From the NCBI GenBank assembly GCA_963745595.1, contig CAVUYB010000033.1:349-64348 (forward strand): 64,000 bases of DNA, in the 5' to 3' direction. Positions 1 to 9,014 of this stretch are shown here, piece after piece. The DNA is from an uncultured Actinomycetota bacterium. GTDB lineage: Bacteria > Actinomycetota > Acidimicrobiia > Acidimicrobiales > RAAP-2. Position 1 is the stretch's first letter. Each line of letters starts with the position of its first letter. The position numbers were made by a program, and so were the translations under genes. A model generated the notes under the pieces. It was not told the DNA's origin and searched no databases. It saw only the letters and a program-made list of their open reading frames with translations.

Positions 1-543
1 CGGCGATGCTGCGCTGGTTGCCACGCCCAAGAAGGAGTCCGGAATCCTCGCCGACCTCGACGCCGCGATCAACGCTGTGCCGCAGGCGCCTGGACTGCAC
101 TCGAAGACCTCAGGGGTAACCGAAGGTGCTCCGGAAGATCGAGGAGGTCGATGTCCTCATGCAGCACCACATGTGGGATCCCGGACACTGGAGTGACGAG
201 TCGGTCCTGACCGTGGCCTACTTCCCTCGGGCGGGGATGCCCCCGACGGGCACGATGTGTCGGCCAAGGGCTCGAACTGCACACGCCTGTTCGAGATGGC
301 GACGACGCTCCTGGTCCCACTCCTGAGCAGTAACTAACCAGTCGAACGGTTGGTGCGGGCCAGGAAGAATCTTGGTCGATCCTGGCTCGCACCCCGCTCG
401 CTGTCTGCCGGCAAGGCTGAACCACCCCTGGGGAGGTTGGTGGGGAGGCAGGGCGCCGACGGGCCCAGCCGAGCAGGTGATAGCTACACCGCCTGGTCCC
501 GCGGTCTTCGGGCAATGGGGCGTCCTCCGGGTATCCTGTAGCT

Positions 544-738
544 GTGCCCGCGCAGCCCGTGATGACCGCAGAGGAGTGGTTCGAGGGGATGCGTCACGCC
601 GCGCCCCCGACCGAGGATGACGTGACGATCCTGTGGGACGGGCGGCGCCTGGATTCCAAAGAGGCAGTCATGGAGTGGCTCGCCGAGGTGGATGCCAAGC
701 GAGCCGAGGAGGCTGCCGCCGCCGGTGACCACGCCTGA
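544..738 (+). CDS. hypothetical small protein (64 aa)
   Basis: ORF 544..738 from the track. Its end overlaps by 14 nt the probable GTG start (725) of the downstream nucleotidyltransferase-fold ORF, which suggests a two-gene module. No family recognised. Confidence 0.3.
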   Translation: MPAQPVMTAEEWFEGMRHAAPPTEDDVTILWDGRRLDSKEAVMEWLAEVDAKRAEEAAAAGDHA

Positions 739-1328
739 CGGTCCACCGCACGACCTGCCGCGTCTCATCGAAGTTCTGGACCGTCATGAGGTCGAATACC
801 TCGTCGTGGGTGGGGCGGCTGCCTATGCTTATGGCGCTGAGCGTCGGACCGAGGACGCGGACTGCGTCGTCAACCGGGAGCGTGCCAACCTCGAACGGCT
901 GGCCGCCGCCTTGCGGGAGCTGCACGCCCGCCTCCGAGTCGGCGGGATGACCGACGCCGAAGCCCGAGCCCTCCCGGTCCAGATCGACGCCACCTCGCTC
1001 GACCTGGCGGGCATGTCGACCTGGATGACCGACGCCGGCGGGTTCGACGTCCTCGCTGGCCTCGAGGCGGCCGACGGCCACCTGGTTCCTTACGACGAGC
1101 CTCGTGACCCGGTCGACGGTCGTCCAAGGCGACGGCTTCGTGATTCATGTCGCAGCGCTGGAGGACATCATCGTCGCCAAGGAGCGGGCGAACCGATCGA
1201 AGGACCATGACGTCCTCTCGGAGTTGCGGGCCCTGCGAGATCGCCAACCGCAGGATGAAGCGGGGCAGTCGGAGTCGAGCGCCAAGGAGAACGGCGCCGG
1301 GCCAGTGCGGAGGTGCTCCACCTCGTGA
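725..1328 (+). pseudogene. small nucleotidyltransferase-fold protein (MNT/AbiEii-like), reading frame broken near 1100 as assembled
   Basis: ORF 692..1210 carries the N-half (HEVEYLVVGGAAAYAYGAERRTEDADCVV). ORF 1104..1328, in another frame, carries the typical C-terminus (VIHVAALEDIIVAKERANRSKDHDVLSEL). The join VPYDE|LVTRSTVV requires a 1-nt indel around 1097-1103. Confidence 0.55.
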
Positions 1329-1358
1329 GAGCCCGTTGTGGCCTGCTCGCTTACGCCG

Positions 1359-3825
1359 TTACTCCCTGGTGGGAACGGCCCCGACGATATCGGTCACGTC
1401 AGCCCCAAGGCCCGGCAGTGAACCCACGAAGCCGGCATCGCCGAAGGAGAAGGTGCCCCCGTCGGAGCCGATGAGCCAGTAGCCCGCTGTATCGGCCGTG
1501 GGGACGATACCGATGACTGGACGGGCGGGAGTCACCCCGAGCGCCGGCAGTGTACTGAAGGCCTTGGCATTCCCAAAGGCATAGACGGTGCCGTTTTGGG
1601 TGACGATCCAGTAGCCGGCTCCATTGGGCGTTCCCGCAATGGTCGAGACCGGCGAGAGCGCCCTCGTTGCCGAACCGAGCTGCTGAGCGGCTCCGAAGGC
1701 GTAGACCGTGCCGTTGGCGGCGACGAGCCAGTAACCGTTCCCCGAGGGCGTTGCCGCGATGCCGACGATGTTGCTTACGCTGATGCCGTCGCCAGGTAGC
1801 GAACCGAGGAACGGCGCGTTGCCGAAGGCATAGACACCACCGTCTCGACCCACCATGAAGTACCCGCCGTTTGTTCCGGTGGGCACGATGCCGGTGATGG
1901 GTTGCGCCGGCTTGACCCCGATTCCGGGCAGCGAGCCCAGGAACGGAGCGTTCCCGAAGCTGAACACCCCGCCGTCGGCGCCCACCAAGAAGTACCCCTG
2001 GTTGTCGGAAGTGGGGACCATGCCGGCGATGTCGTTGACGGCGATCCCGAGGCCAGGAAGCGAGCCGTAGTAGCCGCCGGAGCTTCCGGTCGGGAGGACG
2101 AACACGCCACCGTCCGAGCCGACGAGGTCAAAGCCCGAGGCCGGAGGAGTTGGTGCTGGAACCGGCGCTGGGACGGGTGGTGCTGGCACGGGTGGTGCCG
2201 TGACCCGAAGTGACGAGGTAGCAGTCGACGAGGAGAAGTTGTTGCTGCCCCCGTAGCTTGCGGTCACTGTGTCCAGGCCAACCGGGGCCGTCGTGCTGGT
2301 GCACGAGCCCGACCCTGTCGTCAACGTGACCACACATACTGCGGTGCTCCCGATCGAGACGCTGGCGGTACCGGCAGGTGTGCCCACGGATGACGTCACG
2401 GCAACGGCGTAGGTGACCGACGCTCCTTGCGGTGACGGAGGTGGGAGTGGTCGACACCGACGTCGCCGTGGCCGCCGTGCTGACGGTGAAGGTCTGAGGA
2501 CTTCCCGCGGCTGTGCTGTAGTGGGCTCCGGCGGCGACGTGCGCGGCGAGCGAGCACGTTCCGGCGCCGACGTAGGAGACCGTGGCGCCGCTGACGGTGC
2601 AGACTCCGGGCGAGCTGGAGGTCACCGAAGTGGTCCCGTCGCCCGTGGTTGTCACCGTTGCCGCGAAGCTCCCACCGTACGTGGCGTCCGTCGGCAGGTC
2701 GTTGACCGTCGGCGGGCTCGGCGGCAGCCCGACCTTGAAGGACGGTCCTGAGACGAAGGTCAAGTTGCCGAGATTGTCTGTCACCTGGATATGGGTCTGG
2801 TACGTCCCGTTGGCCAGACCGTTCGGCACGGTGCAGACCTCGTGGAAGTAGCCGTCGGTGGCGGTGCCCGAGACCTGGGTGGGCGTTGCGCAGGCGCCAA
2901 AGGGAAGCCCGCTACCGCCGGGGCCAGAGACCGCCACTGCGTTGTACGTCAGTGTGGCCCCATGGGTGACCTGCCACGAGATGGTCGTCGGTTGGCCGGC
3001 TGTCACCGTGCTGGGGGCGACGGACGATGTGACCACCACGGGGGGAGCCACCACGGTGCTGTTCACCACGCTGAAGGACGGTCCTGAGACGAAGGTCAAG
3101 TTGCCGAGATTGTCTGTCACCTGGATATGGGTCTGGTATGTCCCGTTGGCCAGACCGTTCGGCACGGTGCAGACCTCGTGGAAGTAGCCGTCGGTGGCGG
3201 TGCCCGAGACCTGGGTGGGCGTTGCGCAGGCGCCAAAGGGAAGCCCGCTACCGCCGGGGCCAGAGACCGCCACTGCGTTGTACGTCAGTGTGGCCCCATG
3301 GGTGACCTGCCACGAGATGGTCGTCGGTTGGCCGGCTGTCACCGTGCTGGGGGCGACGGACGATGTGACCACCACGGGGGGAGCCACCACGGTGCTGTTC
3401 ACCACGCTGAAGGACGGTCCTGAGACGAAGGTCAAGTTGCCGAGATTGTCTGTCACCTGGATATGGGTCTGGTATGTCCCGTTGGCCAGACCGTTCGGCA
3501 CGGTGCAGACCTCGTGGAAGTAGCCGTCGGTGGCGGTGCCCGAGACCTGGGTGGGCGTTGCGCAGGCGCCAGAGGGAAGCCCGCCACCGCCGGGGCCAGA
3601 GACCGCCACTGCGTTGTACGTCAGTGTGGTCCCATGGGTGACCTGCCACGAGATGGTCGTCGGTTGGCCGGCTGTCACCGTGCTGGGGGCGACGGACGAT
3701 GTGACCACCACGGGGGGAGCCACCGGTGTGGCACCTGCAGAAACGGCCTCGGGGACGGTCATCCCGATGGTCACGAGGACGACCAGGGCTACGACTCTCG
3801 CACGCACTAGTACTCCCTCTGGCAC
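1359..3825 (-). pseudogene. large secreted repeat protein: signal-like N-terminus, 3 x 112-aa tandem domain, Ig-like domains, Pro-rich linker, C-terminal GYW/DGG repeat region. Frame broken near 2430 as assembled.
   Basis: ORF 2128..3825 (hydrophobic N-terminus VVALVVLVTIGMTVPEAVSAGA) and ORF 1359..2399 read as one protein. TPTSVT|QGASVTYAVAVTSSVG joins cleanly if 1 nt is removed near 2430-2433. The C-terminus has 7-8 copies of GYW-V--DGGVF-FG-A-F-GS. Confidence 0.7.
2736..3724. repeat. coding tandem repeat, 336-bp unit, about 2.9 copies, nearly identical
   Basis: The string tgaaggacggtcctgagacgaaggtcaag recurs at 2736, 3072 and 3408 (period 336). Antisense ORFs 2858..3187 and 3194..3523 translate identically. 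Copies 1 and 2 show a single visible difference (tacgtc vs tatgtc). Confidence 0.9.
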
Positions 3826-4557
3826 GCTAAGGCTCGGTGGTTAGTACAGCTAGCGTGGCCGACAGCGTGCCGCGTCGAACATGCCCACGCAAATACCAGC
3901 TCCGGGCCCGGCTGGAGCGAGGGTCCACCGCGCCGCCACTATCGAGAGGCACCATTGGGACATGGCCCTCTTGGACTTTGACCGACCGGACAACATCGTC
4001 GACCCAGGCCCGATCGACGATGTTCTCGGTGATCGAGAAGCCAAGCTGGATCGCTCCCTCAGCCAGAGAGACGATCGCCCGATCTACGAAGCCATTTTCA
4101 TCTACTGACCCGATCCCATCGCGACCTTGCCGTCGCCGTCGCCACTGCGGTCTGATCTTCGTTTCGGCGAGGCGATCTGGCAGGGCGCTGATGAGACCCG
4201 TCGATTCCCTGACAACGCCGCGGTCGGTGCGAGTCACGCACGTTCGATGTGAGCCCCGGCCTTATCGGCGAATCGGTCGATAAATCTGCTCACCGCTTAA
4301 CGAGATCGGATCCAGCGGGAGCGCCTTCGGCAACCCACGGTTCCCGGTCCTCGTGCCAGACATTCGTGACCCCCGTTCACCGATCGTATGGCGGCCTCGA
4401 CCGCCAATGTCTCATCGTTGTACTGCCGCTCCAACAGCGTCCATGACGGGTGAGGCTAGGCGATCATTTCCGATTGGAAACCCCCATTGGCCTTCCTCGT
4501 ATCTCCGACGAGATCGTCGACTCTTACACGCGACCTGTAACTAAGCGAGGAGCGACG

Positions 4558-5477
4558 ATGCAGCGGATGATATGGGGGGCGTCAACGCTGGCCGTGGTGG
4601 GGGCCCTGACCCTCGGCACGATGAGCTCGGTCCAGGCGGGGGCCAGCCAGCCCGGCGCCTCGCTTCGAGGGAAGGTGCTGTCGGTGTCGGACCTTCCGAG
4701 CTGGATGGAGTGTCGGCCACACATCGAAGGGCACAGCAACCGACCGGGGATGTTTCCACGCCTTCTCCATCAAGTCACCGGCCGGCACCAGGGCCAAAGT
4801 CGCCTTCACGGGAGCGTCTACAACCTTCCTGGGAGAGACGTTGGCCACGGGGCACATCGAGGTGACCAGGTGGACCGACCTGACCGATCAGCTGAAGGAC
4901 TGCGAGCCGTTCACTTTCACCGCGAACAGGAAAGACCGCGAAAGTGTCCGTCGGGGCCATGTCGTTCCCCAAGGTCGGGAAGCAGTCGATGGCCTACGCG
5001 ATGACGATCACCGTGACAACGCGCACGCTCGACGCCGACGTCGTCCTGTTCAAAGCCGGGAAGTACGTCGGACTCGTCGAGTACGGCGGACTCGGGACTC
5101 CCGACGCGACACAGGCCGAGAAGTTCGTCGACCTGGCTGTCGCCAAGGTGAACGGGAGCCATGGCACGACGGTGACGACGACTCCTGCGGCCACCACGAC
5201 TACTACGACTACTACGACGACTGTCCCGCCAACGACGACGACCTCCCCGCCAACGACGGTGCCGCCACCCCCGACGACGGTGCCCCCGACGACCGCACCA
5301 GCTCCACCGCCGACCGCGGCAGCCTCGGCCTGTAGCCCCATCGACGACGAAGGCGGGTGCTACGAACCAGGCGAGTACTGCCGTAACGCCACACATGGGG
5401 TCGCCGGAACGGCTGGCGACGGCGAAGCGATCGCCTGTGAAGACAACGATGGTTGGCGCTGGGAGCCGACCTCGTAG
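4558..5477 (+). pseudogene. secreted protein or lipoprotein with Thr/Pro-rich linker and Cys-rich C-terminal module; two apparent frameshifts (about 4700 and 4935)
   Basis: ATG 4558 is preceded by AGGAG. Signal peptide MQRMIWGASTLAVVGALTLGTMSSVQAGA. Sensible sequence continues through three frames: LSVSDLPS | GWSVGHTSKGT...FTFTA | TGKTAKVSVGAMSFPKVGKQ... to the stop at 5477. Confidence 0.55.
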
Positions 5478-5518
5478 GGGCTGTCCGGCGATCGAGGAGG
5501 TTGGTCCCCTTGATGCTT

Positions 5519-5776
5519 TTAGCGGGCGTTTGCCGCAAGCGTCAGGCGATGGAGGAGATCCTCGATCACCGAGAGGCTGGGGTATGCCCGAACCAGTGGG
5601 GCGAGGGTGGTTGACGTGGCTGTGGCCGGCGCCATGAGAAGTTCGACGCCCACCGGTTCGCCGGTGTTGTCGAGATCGACGGCCAAAGAGTCACCGAACT
5701 GCTCGGTCGCCGCGACGGTGGCATCGGCCAGCTTCACGTACGTGGCGTCCGCCTCCGGGTCGTACGTCACGAGCAC
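5519..5776 (-). CDS. DUF2283-like small protein (putative antitoxin partner)
   Basis: 85 aa. The N-terminal YDPEADATYVKL pattern is typical of DUF2283. Lies 9 nt downstream of the DUF4258-like ORF on the same strand. Confidence 0.7.
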   Translation of the reverse strand: MLVTYDPEADATYVKLADATVAATEQFGDSLAVDLDNTGEPVGVELLMAPATATSTTLAPLVRAYPSLSVIEDLLHRLTLAANAR

Positions 5777-5785
5777 ACCTACAGG

Positions 5786-6028
5786 CTATCGGCAGGGTGG
5801 TCGACCGCGCTCGGCCACCGTCACGACGAGTGCGGAATCGCTGTCGGCGACAACGACGACGAAGAGCTGGCGGCCGGCTGGGGTGCGACCGATGACTACT
5901 GTCCGGGTCGGTTCGTCGGCGGACGGGTGTCGATCCTCGGGGTCGGAGAGGACCTCGGCTACTTCAGCGGCGTCGACGGCCCGCTCCCGCATCCGCTCAG
6001 CGGCGTGCTCACTGAACCGGAGCTCCAC
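5786..6028 (-). CDS. DUF4258-like small protein (putative toxin partner)
   Basis: 80 aa. MELRFSEHAAERMRERAVDAAEVAEVL resembles the DUF4258 N-terminus. Paired with the DUF2283-like ORF. Confidence 0.65.
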   Translation of the reverse strand: MELRFSEHAAERMRERAVDAAEVAEVLSDPEDRHPSADEPTRTVVIGRTPAGRQLFVVVVADSDSALVVTVAERGRPPCR

Positions 6029-6114
6029 TCCAGCGGACGGTAGGGGCTGGTTGTGACGAGACGCCGAGCGTTGTCCGCTGGTTCGGGCAACCGGCCGGCT
6101 CGGCGGGTCTTGGA

Positions 6115-8250
6115 TCAGTCGGACGAGACGCCGACGATCGGCGCGACCAGCCGGGCTGGGCCGGTCGAGCCCAAGTAGGCGGCGTCGCCGTAGGCGTAGA
6201 CCGAGCCGCCGGCCCCGGCGATCCAGTAACCGCCACCGTCGGGGGTCGGGCTCAGGCCGACGACCGGCGGCTGGCCGGTGATGCCCTGGCCGGGGACCGA
6301 TCCGAGGTACCCGGCATTGCCGAACGAGAACAGGCCACCGTCGGCCGCGACGAGCCAGTACCCGGTCCCGCTCGGCGTCGGCGCCATGCCGACGATCGGC
6401 TGGTTCAACGGCTTCCCGCCCATCGACCCGTAGAACACGGCGTCGCCGAACGCGAAGATCCCGCCGTCGGCCGCGACGAGCCAGTAGCCCTTGCCGTCCG
6501 CGGTCGGCGCGATGCTCACGATCGGTTGGTTCAGCGGTTTGCCGCCCATCGACCCGTAGAAGGTCGCGTCACCGAACGCGAAGACGCCGCCGTCCGACGC
6601 GACCTGCCAGTAGCCCTTGCCGTCGAGCGTCGGCGCGGCACCGACGATCGGTTTGTTCAGCGGCTTCCCGCCCATCGACCCGTAGAACTGGGCATCCCCG
6701 AAGCTGAAGACGCCGCCGTCGGACGCGACCTCCCAGTAACCGCCGCCGTTCGGGGCAACGGCCAATCCGACGACCGGCTTGTTGAGCGGCTTGCCGCCCA
6801 TCGACCCGTAGAACTGGGCGGTCCCGAACGCGAAGACCCCGCCGTCGCCAGCGGCCAGGAGGACGCCCTGGTTCGATGCGGGTGGCAGGACCATCTGCTC
6901 GATCAGCGACTGCAGGCCGGGGGATGTCCCCTTGGTCGAGGTCACCGCGCTACCGGCCGCCCAGCATGATGCCCCCTTCACACACGAGACCGTGTCGAGG
7001 ATGCTGAGGACGGTCACGTTCGGGCTCGGCTGGATCGACCACGCGGACCCGTTCCAGCTCTCGATGAAGCCCTTCGGCATGAACCCGCCGCCTGTCCCTG
7101 TGCCGCCACCGGCGCCTGTCCCTGTGCCTGTCCCTGTGTGGTGGCCTGTGCCGTTTGTCCCACCTTCGCCCGGGCCCACACTTCCGGACCCGACGGCCCA
7201 GCACCGTGTCGCGGACAGGCACGTGACGTCACCGAGAAGGGCCCCGCCGGCGCCGGCCGGTGGCGCGGTGGCGACGACCGACCACGACGAGCCGTTCCAA
7301 CGCTCCGCCAGCGTGGTCCCGGCCTTGCCCGAGCTGTTCGTCGACGAACCGGCCGCCCAGCAGTCCGTGCCGGTCACGCAGGTGACGCTGCTCAGGTAGC
7401 TGCCACCCGGCGCGGCCGCCTGGTAGCTCGGGACGATCGACCACGTCGACCCGTTCCAGTGCTCGATCAGCCCTTGGTCACCCTGACCGCCGGGGAAGAT
7501 CGGCAGGAATGTCGACTTCTCCTGGTTCGGCCCCGCACTGCCGACGGCCCAGCAGTCGGTGGGGCCGTTGCAGTCGACGGCGACGAGCTCGTCGTAGGCC
7601 TGGCCGGAAGGGGTGGCCGGCTCGATCGACCACGCCGAGCCGTTCCAGTGCTCGACCAACAGGGTCGACTCGTTGCCGCCGGTTGCTGTCGTCGTGTACC
7701 CGACCGCCCAACAGTCCGACGTTGTCACGCACGTCACCCCCTGGAGCAGGGCACCCGACGCCCCGGGCGGGTTCGGGGTCGAGACGATCGACCAGGCCGT
7801 CCCGTTCCAGTGCGCGGCCAACGTCCCGGTCGGTTGGCCGCCCTGGCCGGCCAGCATCGTGCCGACGGCCCAGCAGTCGGCGATGCTGACGCACGTCACG
7901 CCGAAGAACCCGCCGTGGACGGCTGGGTTCGCCGGAACGGCCGACAGCGACCACGTCGCGCCGTTCCACTGCTCGATCAACGGCGTGAACTGCGCATCCG
8001 GGTTTGTGCCGAGTCCTGTCACCGTCGTGCCGACGGTCCAGCATTCGACCGCGTTCGCGCACGTGCTCCCGAGGACGATGTCGTCGGGCTCGCCGCTGCT
8101 CGGGCTCGTGACGATGTTCCAGCCCGACGGGCCCGGTACCGTCGCCGCGGTCGCGGCCTCGGAGGGGGCGACCAACGCGGTCAGCGGTACGAGGACCGCG
8201 CTTGCCGCCAGGGCCAGCCGTCGCCAACCGCTCCGGCGGGCGATCACCAT
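6115..8250 (-). CDS. secreted double-repeat (propeller-like) protein: 7 CWAVG/WNG blades followed by 6 GYW/DGG repeats
   Basis: ORF 6115..8496. Probable start is ATG 8250 (MVIARRSGWRRLALAASAVLVPLTALVAPSEA, a signal peptide). Repeats contain C-WAVG ... (E/Q)xWNGxxWS, then a Gly/Thr-rich spacer, then GYW-VA-DGG-F-FGDA-FYGSMGGKPLN x6. Confidence 0.8.
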   Translation of the reverse strand: MVIARRSGWRRLALAASAVLVPLTALVAPSEAATAATVPGPSGWNIVTSPSSGEPDDIVLGSTCANAVECWTVGTTVTGLGTNPDAQFTPLIEQWNGATWSLSAVPANPAVHGGFFGVTCVSIADCWAVGTMLAGQGGQPTGTLAAHWNGTAWSIVSTPNPPGASGALLQGVTCVTTSDCWAVGYTTTATGGNESTLLVEHWNGSAWSIEPATPSGQAYDELVAVDCNGPTDCWAVGSAGPNQEKSTFLPIFPGGQGDQGLIEHWNGSTWSIVPSYQAAAPGGSYLSSVTCVTGTDCWAAGSSTNSSGKAGTTLAERWNGSSWSVVATAPPAGAGGALLGDVTCLSATRCWAVGSGSVGPGEGGTNGTGHHTGTGTGTGAGGGTGTGGGFMPKGFIESWNGSAWSIQPSPNVTVLSILDTVSCVKGASCWAAGSAVTSTKGTSPGLQSLIEQMVLPPASNQGVLLAAGDGGVFAFGTAQFYGSMGGKPLNKPVVGLAVAPNGGGYWEVASDGGVFSFGDAQFYGSMGGKPLNKPIVGAAPTLDGKGYWQVASDGGVFAFGDATFYGSMGGKPLNQPIVSIAPTADGKGYWLVAADGGIFAFGDAVFYGSMGGKPLNQPIVGMAPTPSGTGYWLVAADGGLFSFGNAGYLGSVPGQGITGQPPVVGLSPTPDGGGYWIAGAGGSVYAYGDAAYLGSTGPARLVAPIVGVSSD

Positions 8251-8494
8251 GCGCCCCCGCCGCGGGTCGCTGCGTTCGTCGGCACGCACCGATGCTCGCG
8301 CCCGGCGACCCCCGTCCGGCGTGGAGAACGGGGTTTTCCAATCCCGGCCGGCTATGGGCAACCGCGTCGCCACCACGCGGAAACCAGACTCCGCGCTTTC
8401 GACGAGGACCGGCCGGCGGAACGCCTCCCGGTCGTCCCCGGCGACCCGCGGCAATGGGGCGGACTTGGCCGATCGACGTCCGTATCCTGGGCCC

Positions 8495-9004
8495 ATGTAC
8501 CGCTGCGGTGAGTGCGAGTTCGCCTACGACCTCGACCGGTACGGATCGTCCGGCGAGGCGATCTCCGGTGGTACCGACGAGATCGCCCGACTCCTCGGTG
8601 GTCATGACCGGCCGGCCGACGACGTCGTCCGCCGTCGACCGGCTCCGGACGTCTGGTCCGTCCTCGAGTACGGCTGCCACGTCCGCGACGTGCTGCTCGT
8701 CCAACGGGAGCGCGTGCTGCTGGCCCGGCGCGTCGACTGCCCGTCGTTGCCGCCGATGGGTCGCGACGAGCGAGTCGGGCACGACGGCTATGCCGAGCAG
8801 TTGCCGGTCGACGTCGCCCGTCAGCTCATCGACGCGGCCGGACTGTTCGTCAACGTCTTGGACCGGCTCGCCCCGGACGACTGGGATCGCACGGTCGTTT
8901 ACAACTTCCCGGAGCCGACGGAGCGGTCACTGCGCTGGGTGGCCGTCCATACCGAGCACGAGGTGCGGCACCACCGGCTCGACGTCCGGCGTCAGCTTCC
9001 TTAA
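8495..9004 (+). CDS. DinB-like (DinB_2 / mycothiol-dependent isomerase N-terminal-like) protein
   Basis: ATG 8495 lies within ORF 7613..9004 (residue 295, MYRCGECEF). WSVLEYGCHVRDVL and a C-terminal HTEHEVRHH are His-rich four-helix-bundle features. The upstream part of the ORF is antisense to the previous gene. Confidence 0.65.
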   Translation: MYRCGECEFAYDLDRYGSSGEAISGGTDEIARLLGGHDRPADDVVRRRPAPDVWSVLEYGCHVRDVLLVQRERVLLARRVDCPSLPPMGRDERVGHDGYAEQLPVDVARQLIDAAGLFVNVLDRLAPDDWDRTVVYNFPEPTERSLRWVAVHTEHEVRHHRLDVRRQLP

Positions 9005-9014
9005 CTCCTGGGGC

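Noticed and set aside
2736-3724. Possible CRISPR array or noncoding satellite, given the strict periodicity
   Set aside because: The period is 336 bp with no short repeat/spacer alternation. The repeats are in frame and encode a 112-aa domain inside a long ORF.
8251-8496. 82-codon N-terminal extension of the secreted propeller protein (track ORF start at 8496)
   Set aside because: The extension is Arg-rich, precedes a perfect signal peptide that starts at ATG 8250, and overlaps the divergent DinB-like gene start region.
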